Notes: generated by a model from the sequence alone, not told the origin. A stretch of DNA of 64,000 bases from an uncultured Gammaproteobacteria bacterium (GCA_964411255.1 CAYPKD010000001.1:71331-135330), one strand, 5' to 3'. Positions 7,955 through 18,023 are shown, numbered from the stretch's first letter. A program made the numbers and translations.

Positions 7955-9949
7955 TCACTGCCAAGAGGCAATATTCAGTCCTCCCATAAAATCAGGAGAA
8001 TATACAAACTTCTCAGTTATTACATTACCTAAGATGTCAAAAATTCGCAAATGCGGTTTGTTGTCTTCGCCAGGTACCACCGCAATATCTAAATTATTAT
8101 TCTTTAATAAATCAGTTGCCATTACTTTCACATTACCAGTAAAATTTTCTGAATATGCTAAAAAGCTTACGTTTGCCTGGCCTTTTTGATCAAATATTTT
8201 CACAATTGGTTTTCCAGCTATCGGTCCAGTAATGATTTCTGCAAAACCATCATGATTAATATCAGCTACATCAATATTTACTCCTTTAAAATCTCCACTG
8301 CTATAAGCTACAAATGAACTGATTAATTCACCTTTTTGGTTAAAAATCTTAACTTCATTATTTGATAAACTGGATACTATAATCTCATCTATTCCATTAT
8401 TATCTATGTCACCGCTTGAAATATTACAGCCGTTATTATCATTAAATGGAATAAATGAATTTATTTTTATTATTCTTTCATTAAAAAATAAAACCTCTGT
8501 TTGTCTGCCAGGGCCAGTGCAAACTAATAATTCCTGCGTTCCGTCTTCTTTGATAATCGAACCAAGATCAGATCCGCCTGTATATGCAGTGTTGAAAATA
8601 TAATTACTGGCCAATATTTTTTGATCTAATGATAATATTCTAAGCATTACAGGTGATCCTTCTGCTGGCACAACAGCATATTCAAGATTGCCGTCATTAT
8701 TAATATCTAAAACTTCAACAACCAATCCATCTGCAAATTCATTTTCAAACACAAAGATTTCATCATCTGGCTCAAGTTCCTGATTTAAAATTCTAAAACT
8801 TGCTATGCCATCGCCGGCCTGGCTGACAAGAATCTTTTGGGCAAACCTTGAAGCACTTTTACCATGCTTTAAAATAATATTTTTTAATGATTCATAAATA
8901 TTTAATCTTCCAGGACCCATATCACCTACTTCCATCCAAGGATCAAGCTCGATAGGATCTGCACCCAAAGCCAATGTCTCAATTATCTCTTCTACAGTTA
9001 AACTTCTATTAATTGATCGCATTAATGCAATAGATCCGCTTACAATAGCAGAAGAAAAAGACGTACCTTGCGTATCGTTTCCATAATATTCTTCCTCTGA
9101 TTCAGCCAACTGATGAATCTTCGTACTGAACATGTCTTCTCCTGGCGCTGCGATATCAATACAGCCTTCTCCATAATTACTAAAAACTGATGGATAATCA
9201 TCCACGTCTGTTGAAGCTACACCAATTACCAAAACTTCTGCTCCATCCTTATCATAGCAAACAGGATACATTCTCAAATCATCCAAATCAAATCCTTCAC
9301 CAAACCAGCCATTGCCAGCAGCAGCCACAATAATTACATTTGCCTCTTTGGCTTTATTTATTGCCTGTACTGCAGCAGTAGTGTCATCATAACCAGCTAA
9401 GCTTAAATTAATAACATCTGCGCCATTATCGATTGCATATTCAATTGCTTTAGCCACAGTATCAGAATCTCCATCACCCATTTCATCCAGTACTTTTAGC
9501 GGCATGATTTTTACCTTATTGGCAATACCCACGACACCAATATTATTTTCCATCGCAGCGATTATTCCAGAAACAAAAGTACCATGATGAATAATGTCAT
9601 CAAAATACCAATCTAAATCTGGGACTGGGTCAGGCCAGTCATAAATAAAATCCCAGCCATTAATATCATCTATATAACCATTATTATCATTATCAATTCC
9701 ATCTCCTGCAAATTCATCCATATTAACCCAAATATTTCCAGATAAATCCGGATGCGTAATATCAACGCCAGTATCTAATACAGCCACAATCACCTCTTCA
9801 CTACCTTTTGTGTAATCCCAGGCTTCAAATGCATTAATTTTTTCCAAATACCATTGTTTTTCAACGTATGGATCTGCGGTTTGAAGCAACCCTGTAATTG
9901 GCATTGAAAAAAATACAAGGATAACTAAAGTAAATAAAAATTTTTTCAT
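7955..9949 (-). CDS. secreted subtilisin-like serine protease (S8) with C-terminal FG-GAP/VCBS-like repeats
   Basis: Signal peptide MKKFLFTLVILVFF. Asp/His/Ser motifs VAVLDTGVD, HGTFVSGIIAA and GTSFSSAIVSGSIAL. The start was trimmed to Met35 of the track ORF. Confidence 0.85.
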   Translation of the reverse strand: MKKFLFTLVILVFFSMPITGLLQTADPYVEKQWYLEKINAFEAWDYTKGSEEVIVAVLDTGVDITHPDLSGNIWVNMDEFAGDGIDNDNNGYIDDINGWDFIYDWPDPVPDLDWYFDDIIHHGTFVSGIIAAMENNIGVVGIANKVKIMPLKVLDEMGDGDSDTVAKAIEYAIDNGADVINLSLAGYDDTTAAVQAINKAKEANVIIVAAAGNGWFGEGFDLDDLRMYPVCYDKDGAEVLVIGVASTDVDDYPSVFSNYGEGCIDIAAPGEDMFSTKIHQLAESEEEYYGNDTQGTSFSSAIVSGSIALMRSINRSLTVEEIIETLALGADPIELDPWMEVGDMGPGRLNIYESLKNIILKHGKSASRFAQKILVSQAGDGIASFRILNQELEPDDEIFVFENEFADGLVVEVLDINNDGNLEYAVVPAEGSPVMLRILSLDQKILASNYIFNTAYTGGSDLGSIIKEDGTQELLVCTGPGRQTEVLFFNERIIKINSFIPFNDNNGCNISSGDIDNNGIDEIIVSSLSNNEVKIFNQKGELISSFVAYSSGDFKGVNIDVADINHDGFAEIITGPIAGKPIVKIFDQKGQANVSFLAYSENFTGNVKVMATDLLKNNNLDIAVVPGEDNKPHLRIFDILGNVITEKFVYSPDFMGGLNIASWQ

Positions 9950-10096
9950 AAATTTATTTATGTTTTTATTAAAAACCTGTGTTTTTTCACTTATTTTAAT
10001 TATACAATATTTTCCCAACAATTCATAAACTTTATGCACTATATTTGACAAATATTAATAAAAATTGCTTAATATGTAATAATTTACTTGACATTC

Positions 10097-10124
10097 TTGA
10101 CAAAAATATTGGAATATGTAAAAT
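10097..10124 (+). promoter_or_regulatory. sigma70-type promoter TTGACA-16-TAAAAT
   Basis: Tandem TTGACA hexamers, then TAAAAT 16 nt downstream. RBS AAAGGAG precedes the ATG at 10164. Confidence 0.4.
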
Positions 10125-10163
10125 AGAGGGTTCCTTGAAAAAACCAGTTGAAAGGAGTGCAGT

Positions 10164-10931
10164 ATGGAAGGTGAGGTCGTTGATCTTAGGGCTGTTCGAA
10201 AAGCTCTACATAATGGTAAAAATATTAGAGAAGCCAGCAAGACTTGCGCAATAAACGGCAAAGCCTTGAGGGCAAGAGTAAAAGCAAATGCACTGAGCCA
10301 GACAGAATTGCCTGATCATATACCTAAGGATAAGATCCTTATTCGAGTATCAGATTGTCCTCCCCGTTTTGAACCGATGGAAGAAAGAAAAAAAACAGGC
10401 CGTGCAAAAAATAAAGATCCTTCTGAAACCCAGGAAGTTGCAATCCCAGAACAAACGGATCCAGACAAACAAGTAGAAAATGAATTTCGAAAAAGAAAAA
10501 TGGTTAATAGAAATCCACAAGTATGGGAATTAATGAAATTTTTAGTTAGAGAACTGACCACGGCAGAGACTGGTATTTTATATGATTCAATTGTTCCATA
10601 TTTCAGAAGCATTAGAGTAAGTAACGAAACAATTCAAAATTTATATGCAATACTAGAATCTGATAAACAAACAAAAGACTTGCTTGACCGGGAAACTAGG
10701 TTTTGGGCATCATTAACACCAGCAGAAGAAAAGCCATGGAGGAATTTATATGAAAGATATTGGAATTCAAAGTCAAGGGAAAAAAGACAGAACAAGGTTG
10801 TTTATGATCCGCTCTTTATGCCAACATACAAATTTTCTAAGGATCTCGTCCGGGCCACTCTCTTATTGAGGTTTCTTTTTAGACAGCATTTCCATAAGAA
10901 GAAACGCGTACGAAGACTAAAGAGAAAATAA
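10164..10931 (+). CDS. basic hypothetical protein (255 aa)
   Basis: RBS AAAGGAG before the ATG. The basic C-terminal tail KKKRVRRLKRK suggests nucleic-acid binding. A terminator follows. Confidence 0.55.
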   Translation: MEGEVVDLRAVRKALHNGKNIREASKTCAINGKALRARVKANALSQTELPDHIPKDKILIRVSDCPPRFEPMEERKKTGRAKNKDPSETQEVAIPEQTDPDKQVENEFRKRKMVNRNPQVWELMKFLVRELTTAETGILYDSIVPYFRSIRVSNETIQNLYAILESDKQTKDLLDRETRFWASLTPAEEKPWRNLYERYWNSKSREKRQNKVVYDPLFMPTYKFSKDLVRATLLLRFLFRQHFHKKKRVRRLKRK

Positions 10932-10932
10932 A

Positions 10933-10963
10933 AAGCATCAGAACACTATCGATGCTTTTTTTT
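10933..10963 (+). terminator. intrinsic terminator
   Basis: AAGCAUC-N11-GAUGCUU followed by U8. Confidence 0.6.
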
Positions 10964-10979
10964 AATATGTAATTTTTAT

Positions 10980-11858
10980 TTATCCTGCATTCCTTTTCCA
11001 AAATCTTGACCATCTACCCTTTTTACTTTCTTCTCTTAATGCTTTTTTCGCTACTAAATCTTCTTTTTCCATCTCTGCTGCGTCCTCTGCGCTTATTTCT
11101 TCAACCAAATCAGCTTTACCCTGTTCTCTTAACGAATTTACCAACTCATCACCTGAGGCTCCTTGCTTTGCCAATTTTTCAACCAACTCAATATCTTCCT
11201 CAGAAGCTAAATCTACCAGTTCCAACTCTCTCATTTTTTCAATTATATTTTCTGCACTCATTTTTCCTGGTCTGGTTTTTACAATTTTCGCCTTTTCCGC
11301 CTCTAATTCCATTTTATCAATTTTACGTTCCATTTTTTGTTCATATTTTTCTTGCTTCAATTCTTTTCTGCCTTTTTTTAATTCACCTCTCAATTTTATT
11401 TTTTCTTCTTCTGTTTTTTCCCTGTCTTCTGCTTCCAGTTCTTCTAATGTCACTTTGCCTTCCTGTTTTCGAAGGCCTTTTTCAACCCGCTTCATTAATT
11501 TTTCAGTATCTTTTCCTGCTGCCATCTCTTTTTTTAATTCTGCCTGTCCCTCTTGAATTCGCATTCCCCTTTCAACTCTTTTCATCAGTTTAGCTGTTTC
11601 TTTGCCCTCTTCCATTTCCTTTTTCAAATCAGCTTTGTCTTCTTTTTCCAAATCTTTTAATGAGATTTTGCCTTCTTCTTTTATTTTTTTCTTTTCTTGT
11701 TCTTTTTTTACTTTCTCAGCAAATTTACCACTCTTTAATTCTTCTTTTAATTTAATTTCTTCAATTGGTTCTTCAACATCAAGCGCTGCTTTTTGACGAA
11801 GTCGCTCGATTTTTTCCTCTGATGAATTTGACTCAAATTGTGGTTTTTCCATTGCCAT
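10980..11858 (-). CDS. Lys/Glu-rich coiled-coil protein, unknown function
   Basis: 292-aa low-complexity KE-rich ORF. The overlapping plus-strand ORF is judged spurious. Confidence 0.45.
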   Translation of the reverse strand: MAMEKPQFESNSSEEKIERLRQKAALDVEEPIEEIKLKEELKSGKFAEKVKKEQEKKKIKEEGKISLKDLEKEDKADLKKEMEEGKETAKLMKRVERGMRIQEGQAELKKEMAAGKDTEKLMKRVEKGLRKQEGKVTLEELEAEDREKTEEEKIKLRGELKKGRKELKQEKYEQKMERKIDKMELEAEKAKIVKTRPGKMSAENIIEKMRELELVDLASEEDIELVEKLAKQGASGDELVNSLREQGKADLVEEISAEDAAEMEKEDLVAKKALREESKKGRWSRFWKRNAG

Positions 11859-11869
11859 ATTATTATTTA

Positions 11870-13657
11870 TTAATTTTTATTCTTAATTTCTTTTTTAACC
11901 ATTTCAATAAATTCTTCAGTCTTTTTCTCAAAAGTATCTTTTTCCCCTCGTTTTCTAATATTCAATACGCCACTGTCTTTTTCCTTATCTCCAAAAACCA
12001 ACATATATGGAACTTTTTCCATCTCAGCTTTTCTGATCTTATTACCTACAGTTTCATCTGAAATATCAGCTTCAGCTCGCAAGCCTGCTTGCTTTAACTT
12101 TATTGCCAATTCTTCCACCAAACTGTTATGCCCTTCTCCAACAGCAATAACTTTGGCCTGGACAGGCGCCAGCCAAACAGGGAAAGCGCCAGCATAATGT
12201 TCAATTAAAATTCCAAGAAATCTTTCAATTGCTCCATAAGCTGTGCGGTGGAGCATAACTGGCCGATGCTTTTTCCCATCTTCTTCAATATAATTGATAT
12301 CAAACCGCTCAGGCATTGAAAAATCCAGCTGAATAGTACCACACTGCCATGTCCGCCCCAGCGAATCTTTTATGTGATAATCAATTTTGGGACCATAAAA
12401 TGCTCCATCACCTTCATTTAGTTCATATTTCATTTTTGATTCGTCCAAAACTTCTTTTATTATTTTCTCACTATTTTCCCAAACCTCATCAGTACCAATT
12501 GATTTTTCCGGCCGTGTTGAAAATTCTACCATATACTCCAAATGAAAAGTGGTATAAATTTCATCAATCAATTCCATTACTTTTTTAATCTCATCTTTTA
12601 TCTGGTTTGGCCTACAGTAAATATGAGCATCATCTTGATGAAACGCTCTTACTCGAAACAATCCGTTTAAAACTCCTGACATTTCATTTCTATGAACCAA
12701 ACCAATTTCTGCCCAGCGCAAAGGGAAATCTCTGTAAGAATGCATGGTTGATTTATAAATTAAAATATTTCCAGGACAATTCATTGGTTTTAATGCATAA
12801 CCATCATCATCTATTTTTGTAAAATACATGTCATCCTTATAATTATCCCAATGGCCTGACTGATGCCATAATTTTTCACGAAGTAAAATTGGAGTTTTTA
12901 CTTCTTTATATTCTTTCCTATGAATTTCATACCAATATTCCATTAAGGTGTGCCAAAGAACCATGCCTTTGGAATGCCAAAACGTAAAGCCTGGCCCTTC
13001 TTCATGAAAGCTAAAAAGATCCAATTCCTTTCCTAATTTTTTATGATCTCTTTTTTCAGCTTCTTCCCGTAATTCCAAATACTGATCCAATTCTTTTTGT
13101 TTGGCAAAAGCCAAGCCATAAATTCGCTGAAGCATTTTATTTTTTTCATCACCTTTCCAATACGCTCCTGCCACTTTATCAAGCGTAAAAGCGCCAATTT
13201 TACCGGTTGACTTAACATGTGGTCCGCTACACATGTCAATAAAACGAATCTTTTCATTTTTATCAACATTTTGAAAAAAACTTAATTTATTTTCTCCTTC
13301 AGATTTAAGCTCTTTTGCCATTTCAAGCTTGTAAACATCTTGATCTTTTTCAAAATCTTTAATTGCCTGATCAATATCTTTATCAAACTGTTCAAATTTT
13401 TGATCTTCTTTAATAATCTGACGCATCTTTTTTTCAATCTTTGGCAAATCTTCTGGAGTAAATGAATGCTCTGTATCAAAGTCATAATAAAAACCTGTGT
13501 CAATTGACGGGCCAATTGCCAGTTTTGTTCCTGGATAAAGCTCAAGCACAGCCTGGGCCATGATGTGAGACAGCGAATGACGCATTGCCTCGAGTTTTGA
13601 ATCTTTCATATTAGATTTAAGTTGAAAGTTGACAGTTGTAAGTTGAAAATTGGACAA
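11870..13657 (-). CDS. thrS: threonyl-tRNA synthetase
   Basis: Class II aaRS motifs. MRHSLSHIMAQAV second-additional-domain, catalytic core and C-terminal anticodon-binding domain are all co-linear with ThrS. Confidence 0.9.
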   Translation of the reverse strand: MSNFQLTTVNFQLKSNMKDSKLEAMRHSLSHIMAQAVLELYPGTKLAIGPSIDTGFYYDFDTEHSFTPEDLPKIEKKMRQIIKEDQKFEQFDKDIDQAIKDFEKDQDVYKLEMAKELKSEGENKLSFFQNVDKNEKIRFIDMCSGPHVKSTGKIGAFTLDKVAGAYWKGDEKNKMLQRIYGLAFAKQKELDQYLELREEAEKRDHKKLGKELDLFSFHEEGPGFTFWHSKGMVLWHTLMEYWYEIHRKEYKEVKTPILLREKLWHQSGHWDNYKDDMYFTKIDDDGYALKPMNCPGNILIYKSTMHSYRDFPLRWAEIGLVHRNEMSGVLNGLFRVRAFHQDDAHIYCRPNQIKDEIKKVMELIDEIYTTFHLEYMVEFSTRPEKSIGTDEVWENSEKIIKEVLDESKMKYELNEGDGAFYGPKIDYHIKDSLGRTWQCGTIQLDFSMPERFDINYIEEDGKKHRPVMLHRTAYGAIERFLGILIEHYAGAFPVWLAPVQAKVIAVGEGHNSLVEELAIKLKQAGLRAEADISDETVGNKIRKAEMEKVPYMLVFGDKEKDSGVLNIRKRGEKDTFEKKTEEFIEMVKKEIKNKN

Positions 13658-13685
13658 CTTATAACTTACAACTTTAATCTTTCAA

Positions 13686-14129
13686 CTATTTATTTATATA
13701 AAATGTCACCGGTCCGTCATTCACCAACTCAACCTGCATATATGCTCCAAACTTTCCGGTTTCAACTTCAATCTCACTTCTAAGTGCCTTAACAAATTTA
13801 TTATAAATTTTTTCCGCGTCAACAGGCAATGCTGCCTGGGAAAAGTCTGGCTTTGTGCCCTTTTTTACTCTCCCATCCAATGTAAACTGTGACGCTACCA
13901 ATACTTTTCCATCGATCTCTTTAATATTTTTCGAAAACTTCTTTTCTGGCTCTTCAAAAAATTTAACAGTTAATACTTTTCTGATTAAATAATCTATTTT
14001 TTCATTATAATCCTCAAGATCATCTTTTGAAATACTTATAAAAATCACAAGACCCTTATCGATTGTACCAGTAACCTCTTCTTCAATGCGAACTGATGCT
14101 TTTTTTACTCTTTGGATTAATAATTTCAT
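13686..14129 (-). CDS. dtd: D-aminoacyl-tRNA deacylase
   Basis: MKLLIQRVKKASV...SQFTL...GAYMQVELVNDGPVTF matches Dtd over its full length. The track ORF's N-terminal extension overlaps the structured leader and was removed. Confidence 0.85.
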   Translation of the reverse strand: MKLLIQRVKKASVRIEEEVTGTIDKGLVIFISISKDDLEDYNEKIDYLIRKVLTVKFFEEPEKKFSKNIKEIDGKVLVASQFTLDGRVKKGTKPDFSQAALPVDAEKIYNKFVKALRSEIEVETGKFGAYMQVELVNDGPVTFYINK

Positions 14130-14132
14130 AAA

Positions 14133-14345
14133 ATAAAAAAACCAAGACAAATAATGCTTGGGGCCCTTCCGGGTGGTTCCACCCAATTTCCAGCCGAAGC
14201 CAATATGTGGAGGGGTAGCTCTGCTGCCCCGACTTTGGCTGAGGCTGACTCTCATTCACTACTTCCAGCTTAGTTAGGTTTATACACCTAATTCCTCTGT
14301 GGAAGATTAGTTGGTAGCCAATCCAATCACCTTTAGTAGTGACTT
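14133..14345 (-). promoter_or_regulatory. structured GC-rich leader with a T-box-like motif and terminator upstream of dtd-thrS (candidate Thr T-box riboswitch); contains repeat family Y copy A at 14187-14248
   Basis: The minus-strand RNA contains AAAUUGGGUGGAACCACCCGG (compare the T-box consensus AAUUAGGGUGGNACCGCG). A hairpin CCAAG..CUUGG + U7 follows, ending 6 nt before the dtd ATG. Confidence 0.35.
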
Positions 14346-14434
14346 TATTATACATAATTTTTTAATATTAAACAATCTTAATAAACAAATTTTCCCAAAA
14401 ATCTAACATATTTTCCTAAATTTACACAAAATGC

Positions 14435-14463
14435 TTGACTTTTTTGAATATATATGATATAAT
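14435..14463 (+). promoter_or_regulatory. sigma70-type promoter TTGACT-17-TATAAT
   Basis: Perfect hexamers with a 17-nt spacer. The track ORF's ATG at 14435 lies inside this promoter. Confidence 0.55.
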
Positions 14464-14497
14464 AATATATTCCCTACAACCTGGAAAGGAGCATAAG

Positions 14498-14821
14498 GTG
14501 AGTAGAAAATATCACAGACGCAGGTATCTGTCCCAAAAGAAAAGGCGAAACAAGACTGAAGATCAAACCAGGCATGTTATCAGGAGATTTGCTGAGAGGT
14601 TCAATGTTCTCATCACTCCAGATGACATCAGTGCGATCATCAAGAACCAAATTCAGAATCAGCAAGCAAAGTTTGTATTCAAACAGTCTCTTCGGACAAC
14701 AGTCTGGGAAATCATTTTCCAAGGCAGATTTTTCCTGGTAGTTTATGACAAAATCAGGAAAAGCCTGGTCACTGTTCTGCCAGATGGCAATTCCCTCGGA
14801 TATGAACAGCAGACTGCCTAA
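14498..14821 (+). CDS. hypothetical basic protein (~107 aa; GTG start after RBS GGAAAGGAG)
   Basis: Stand-alone unit with a perfect promoter, an RBS and a strong terminator. Confidence 0.45.
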   Translation: MSRKYHRRRYLSQKKRRNKTEDQTRHVIRRFAERFNVLITPDDISAIIKNQIQNQQAKFVFKQSLRTTVWEIIFQGRFFLVVYDKIRKSLVTVLPDGNSLGYEQQTA

Positions 14822-14826
14822 TTTCA

Positions 14827-14860
14827 AACCGCCTGGCGCAATGCGCTCAGGCGGTTTTAA
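14827..14860 (+). terminator. intrinsic terminator
   Basis: AACCGCCUG-N12-CAGGCGGUU followed by UUUU. Confidence 0.6.
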
Positions 14861-14970
14861 TTGACAAAAATAATTAATAATGCTATACTGAAAAATCAGT
14901 AATTATTGCTGTTTTTCCAAGATAGACCTTGCGAAAGGTCTAACTTAACCCAACTTTCTGGAGGTGCCCT

Positions 14971-15531
14971 ATGAGGTACAAAACTCTATTTGCAGTCGTT
15001 CTTTTCTGCTTCAGCTCTGTTGCGCTGGCGCAACAAACTGAACAAGCCCCTTCCTTCAACCTTTATACTGAACTGATGAACAGGCACAATACCTGTATTG
15101 AATTCAGCGTAACAGATTCTGACAGGGCGATCAGCCAAACCGGTCCTCTTTCTGACTTTGAGTTCATGGTGCTTGATCACATTGCTGGTGTTTTCAATAA
15201 CTTTATCAGAGAAAAATGCAGCTCAAATTTTCGATATCAGCTGAATATTGACGTCAGTACAGATCAACGCATGGAAAGCGTCAGAGATATTGAGCTAAGA
15301 ATAATCACCTCAGAATACGAGGACGAGGATGGGGCAATCTACGTGGCAATATGGAGCGAATACATCTATCTGGCTAATCATGGATTGAAAGCGGAGATGG
15401 ATTCACCTTTGCCAAAGGAACTGCATAAGCCACTGATCAAGGCTTTTCAAAAACTACGAAAGCAATGCTTTGAAGAACCTCCGATGCTGAAAACCCAGGT
15501 CGGTGGCCTTTTCAACGGCCAGGCCTTCTAA
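14971..15531 (+). CDS. secreted hypothetical protein (signal peptide)
   Basis: RBS GGAGG. N-terminus MRYKTLFAVVLFCFSSVALAQQ. Confidence 0.6.
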   Translation: MRYKTLFAVVLFCFSSVALAQQTEQAPSFNLYTELMNRHNTCIEFSVTDSDRAISQTGPLSDFEFMVLDHIAGVFNNFIREKCSSNFRYQLNIDVSTDQRMESVRDIELRIITSEYEDEDGAIYVAIWSEYIYLANHGLKAEMDSPLPKELHKPLIKAFQKLRKQCFEEPPMLKTQVGGLFNGQAF

Positions 15532-15545
15532 CTCTAACTAACAAT

Positions 15546-15578
15546 CGCCAAAGCTAATAGCTGAGGCGTTTTTTTTGT
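15546..15578 (+). terminator. putative intrinsic terminator
   Basis: CGCC-loop-GGCG followed by U8. Confidence 0.35.
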
Positions 15579-15716
15579 CTACGAATCTACAAATCTTTTA
15601 CAAATTCTACGAAAAATCACTTTGCTGCTAAAAATTTTCCAAAAAAAATAGACTTTTGCCTATTAATTCTGTTTTTTTCTTCGGGGCATTCGGATCGGAA
15701 ATTTGGGTCATTCGAG

Positions 15717-16853
15717 TCATTCAACTATCTCTATTTCAATATGATCCTCAAAACTCGGAATATGCCTGACCCAAAATGGTGATAAATCAACTTCAGCCCA
15801 TTCTATCTCTTTCATTGATGATAAGTAAAGTTCTGCTCCTTTTTTGGTCAAGCCCATTAGTATTTGCTTATCCAAAATCTCGCTATTTCCATCCAATTTT
15901 ACATTTCCAGCCGTTGAGACTGAAACACTAACCGTTTCTTTTTCCTCATCATAATCAGTCACATCATAAGAAAAATTTTCTAAATCAATATCAGCCAAGG
16001 TAAAACCTTTTGTCATCTCAGAAGTGATTTTTTCTCCAGCCAGTGGATATAGTTTTTCCTTTTCAAACATCACTACTGTTACTCGCAATTTTAACTTAAC
16101 ATTAAAAGAATCTGTAACATCATCCAGCTCCGCGCCTATTTCTTCTTCTAGCATTTCATGATCTACGACTAATAAACCTTTTTCGCTGTTATCTGAGAAG
16201 TCTTCCGCTACCTGAGCATATAATAACTCAGTTAATTCCTCCTTGGCCCGGTCAATGTCTTTTTGCTGAACGAATTTCACTTCTCCGGCAGTATTTTTAA
16301 TAACAGAATCGCTTTCAGCATAAATTTTATCTTGCAGCCCCTCCCACAGTCCTGGTATAGTAAGTTGTGTTGGTTGTATTTCATTAAACGAATTAGGATC
16401 ATCAGCATAAACCTGGACACTCTCTTCCCCGCCAGCTGGCACATCAACGCTTTCTTTTATTCGCAATAAAATATTATCAGAAGTCAACAGCCGGGTAGAA
16501 GCCACTAAAGGCTGGCGCTGCGAATAATTATTGACAATTCTAACAGTGCCGATCACATCATCCACCACTTTTTTCGTTCCAGTGGAATTATATGTCTTTT
16601 CTTTTTCAATTATTACGTCATTAATCTTGCCAGAAATGGAAATTGCTGATTCTTCATTGAGATCTGGAATAATATTAACAGGAAAGCTGACATCAACAGT
16701 CTGATTATTGGCCTTAACTTTTACAACCGCTTTATTAAAAACAACATATACAATAAAAATAACTAAAACTACACAAGCAACCAGAAAAATTGCTAAAAGC
16801 TTTTTATAAACCCTTGATAATCTGACTTTATATAAACCCATATAAAAATACAA
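15717..16853 (-). CDS. membrane-anchored hypothetical protein (N-terminal TM, acidic extracytoplasmic domain)
   Basis: 378-aa ORF with one N-terminal TM helix. Confidence 0.55.
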   Translation of the reverse strand: MYFYMGLYKVRLSRVYKKLLAIFLVACVVLVIFIVYVVFNKAVVKVKANNQTVDVSFPVNIIPDLNEESAISISGKINDVIIEKEKTYNSTGTKKVVDDVIGTVRIVNNYSQRQPLVASTRLLTSDNILLRIKESVDVPAGGEESVQVYADDPNSFNEIQPTQLTIPGLWEGLQDKIYAESDSVIKNTAGEVKFVQQKDIDRAKEELTELLYAQVAEDFSDNSEKGLLVVDHEMLEEEIGAELDDVTDSFNVKLKLRVTVVMFEKEKLYPLAGEKITSEMTKGFTLADIDLENFSYDVTDYDEEKETVSVSVSTAGNVKLDGNSEILDKQILMGLTKKGAELYLSSMKEIEWAEVDLSPFWVRHIPSFEDHIEIEIVE

Positions 16854-16989
16854 AATCTAAAATTAGTATTAATTCATATTTTAATTATAACACTTTTTTA
16901 AAGGTTTGAAAATAAAACTATGGATAAATTTCATGTAACTTATAGCTTGTAACAAAAAACAGGAAATAATTCCTGTTCTTCTTTTTATA

Positions 16990-17706
16990 TTACAAAGTGC
17001 TTATTATTCCAATAATCAATCCCAATATTACCACAATTACTGGTAAAAAGAAAAATATAATTCCCCATACCTGCCACTTACGCTGAGCTTCTTTAAATTC
17101 ATCAACACTTTTCCAATATCTTTTCTCCCAAGCCCACTTATTACCTTCAAGACCCATTATAATCCACCAAATCCAATTCACATATGGAATTAAAGTAATA
17201 AATGACAGCCAAACGCCATGATACATTCCCCAAATTATTGGCAGGCCTGCTGCAGCCCAATTCCATTTTTTTAGTTCAGGTGGAAATTCAGATTGCTCGC
17301 CTATTCCAGACCTTTTATCAAACTGCGTTACTGGTTCTTTTCGTCTGCTGCCAAAAAACGCTGCTAAAGGTACACCAGCAGCCATTAATGCAATACCCAA
17401 AAAAAACAATATAGCTAACGCTCCTTCAATTCCAGAGGCAATTTTACCTGACATGCCTATTTCCATCATTATGGCATATAATACTATTATCAAAATAACC
17501 AAGGCGGTTGGCACAGTTACACATAAAACAGCAATAATGCGGTTCTTTTTTGAAACATTAAAAGGACTACCGCCAGACATAAAGGTTTTATCTGAATGAT
17601 CTGAGGTTTTATCAGCTTTAAAGCCGCAAAATTTACACGTTTGCGTATTTTTGATAAACTTTGATTTACATTTTGGGCAATACATATTTAATAAATCATG
17701 AAACAT
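16990..17706 (-). CDS. zinc-ribbon plus multi-TM membrane protein
   Basis: CPKCKSK...CKFCG zinc ribbon at the N-terminus, followed by 4-5 TM helices. Confidence 0.55.
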   Translation of the reverse strand: MFHDLLNMYCPKCKSKFIKNTQTCKFCGFKADKTSDHSDKTFMSGGSPFNVSKKNRIIAVLCVTVPTALVILIIVLYAIMMEIGMSGKIASGIEGALAILFFLGIALMAAGVPLAAFFGSRRKEPVTQFDKRSGIGEQSEFPPELKKWNWAAAGLPIIWGMYHGVWLSFITLIPYVNWIWWIIMGLEGNKWAWEKRYWKSVDEFKEAQRKWQVWGIIFFFLPVIVVILGLIIGIISTL

Positions 17707-17753
17707 GGATCAAAGAGCATGGATCAAATATTATTATTTATTTTAAGATAAAA

Positions 17754-17951
17754 CTACTGATCAACAATCTCCTGTACTCGGCCCACTTGGCCGTCCTCAA
17801 GCCTTACTTTTATGCCTCTAGGATGAAAAGCAGAATTTGTTAAAATATCTTTAACAATTCCTTTAGTTAATTTTCCAGTCTGTTGGTCTTCTTTTAAAAC
17901 AATCATTACCTCCAAACCTGGATCAATGTCATCACGATTTTGTCCGTTCAT
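17754..17951 (-). CDS. small conserved protein, YwbE/DUF2196-like
   Basis: 65 aa: ...GKLTKGIVKDILTNSAFHPRGIKVRLEDGQVGRVQEI resembles the YwbE family. Confidence 0.45.
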   Translation of the reverse strand: MNGQNRDDIDPGLEVMIVLKEDQQTGKLTKGIVKDILTNSAFHPRGIKVRLEDGQVGRVQEIVDQ

Positions 17952-18023
17952 ATTTTATTCTTTCATTCTAATATTATCATTTTATTGCTATATAATCAAC
18001 AAAAAATGCATCTGCGATTTTTA

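Noticed and set aside
11006-11593. Plus-strand 195-aa ORF (and 11602..11796, 11765..12061) antisense to the K/E-rich gene and thrS
   Set aside because: The A/T-rich antisense of a lysine/glutamate-rich coding region gives Phe/Leu-rich artefactual ORFs.
13686-14255. N-terminal 42-aa extension of the dtd ORF (MRVSLSQSRGS...)
   Set aside because: The extension is GC-rich and reads through the structured leader and terminator. Dtd homology begins at the internal MKLLIQRV, which has proper spacing.
17690-17740. CATGGATCAAA direct repeats and CATGGAAC repeats (31700-31730, 32195-32220) near gene starts
   Set aside because: They are short, occur only 2-3 times, overlap start codons and 5' UTRs, and could be chance. 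They are noted only because TCATGA-type palindromes also populate the cassette leaders.
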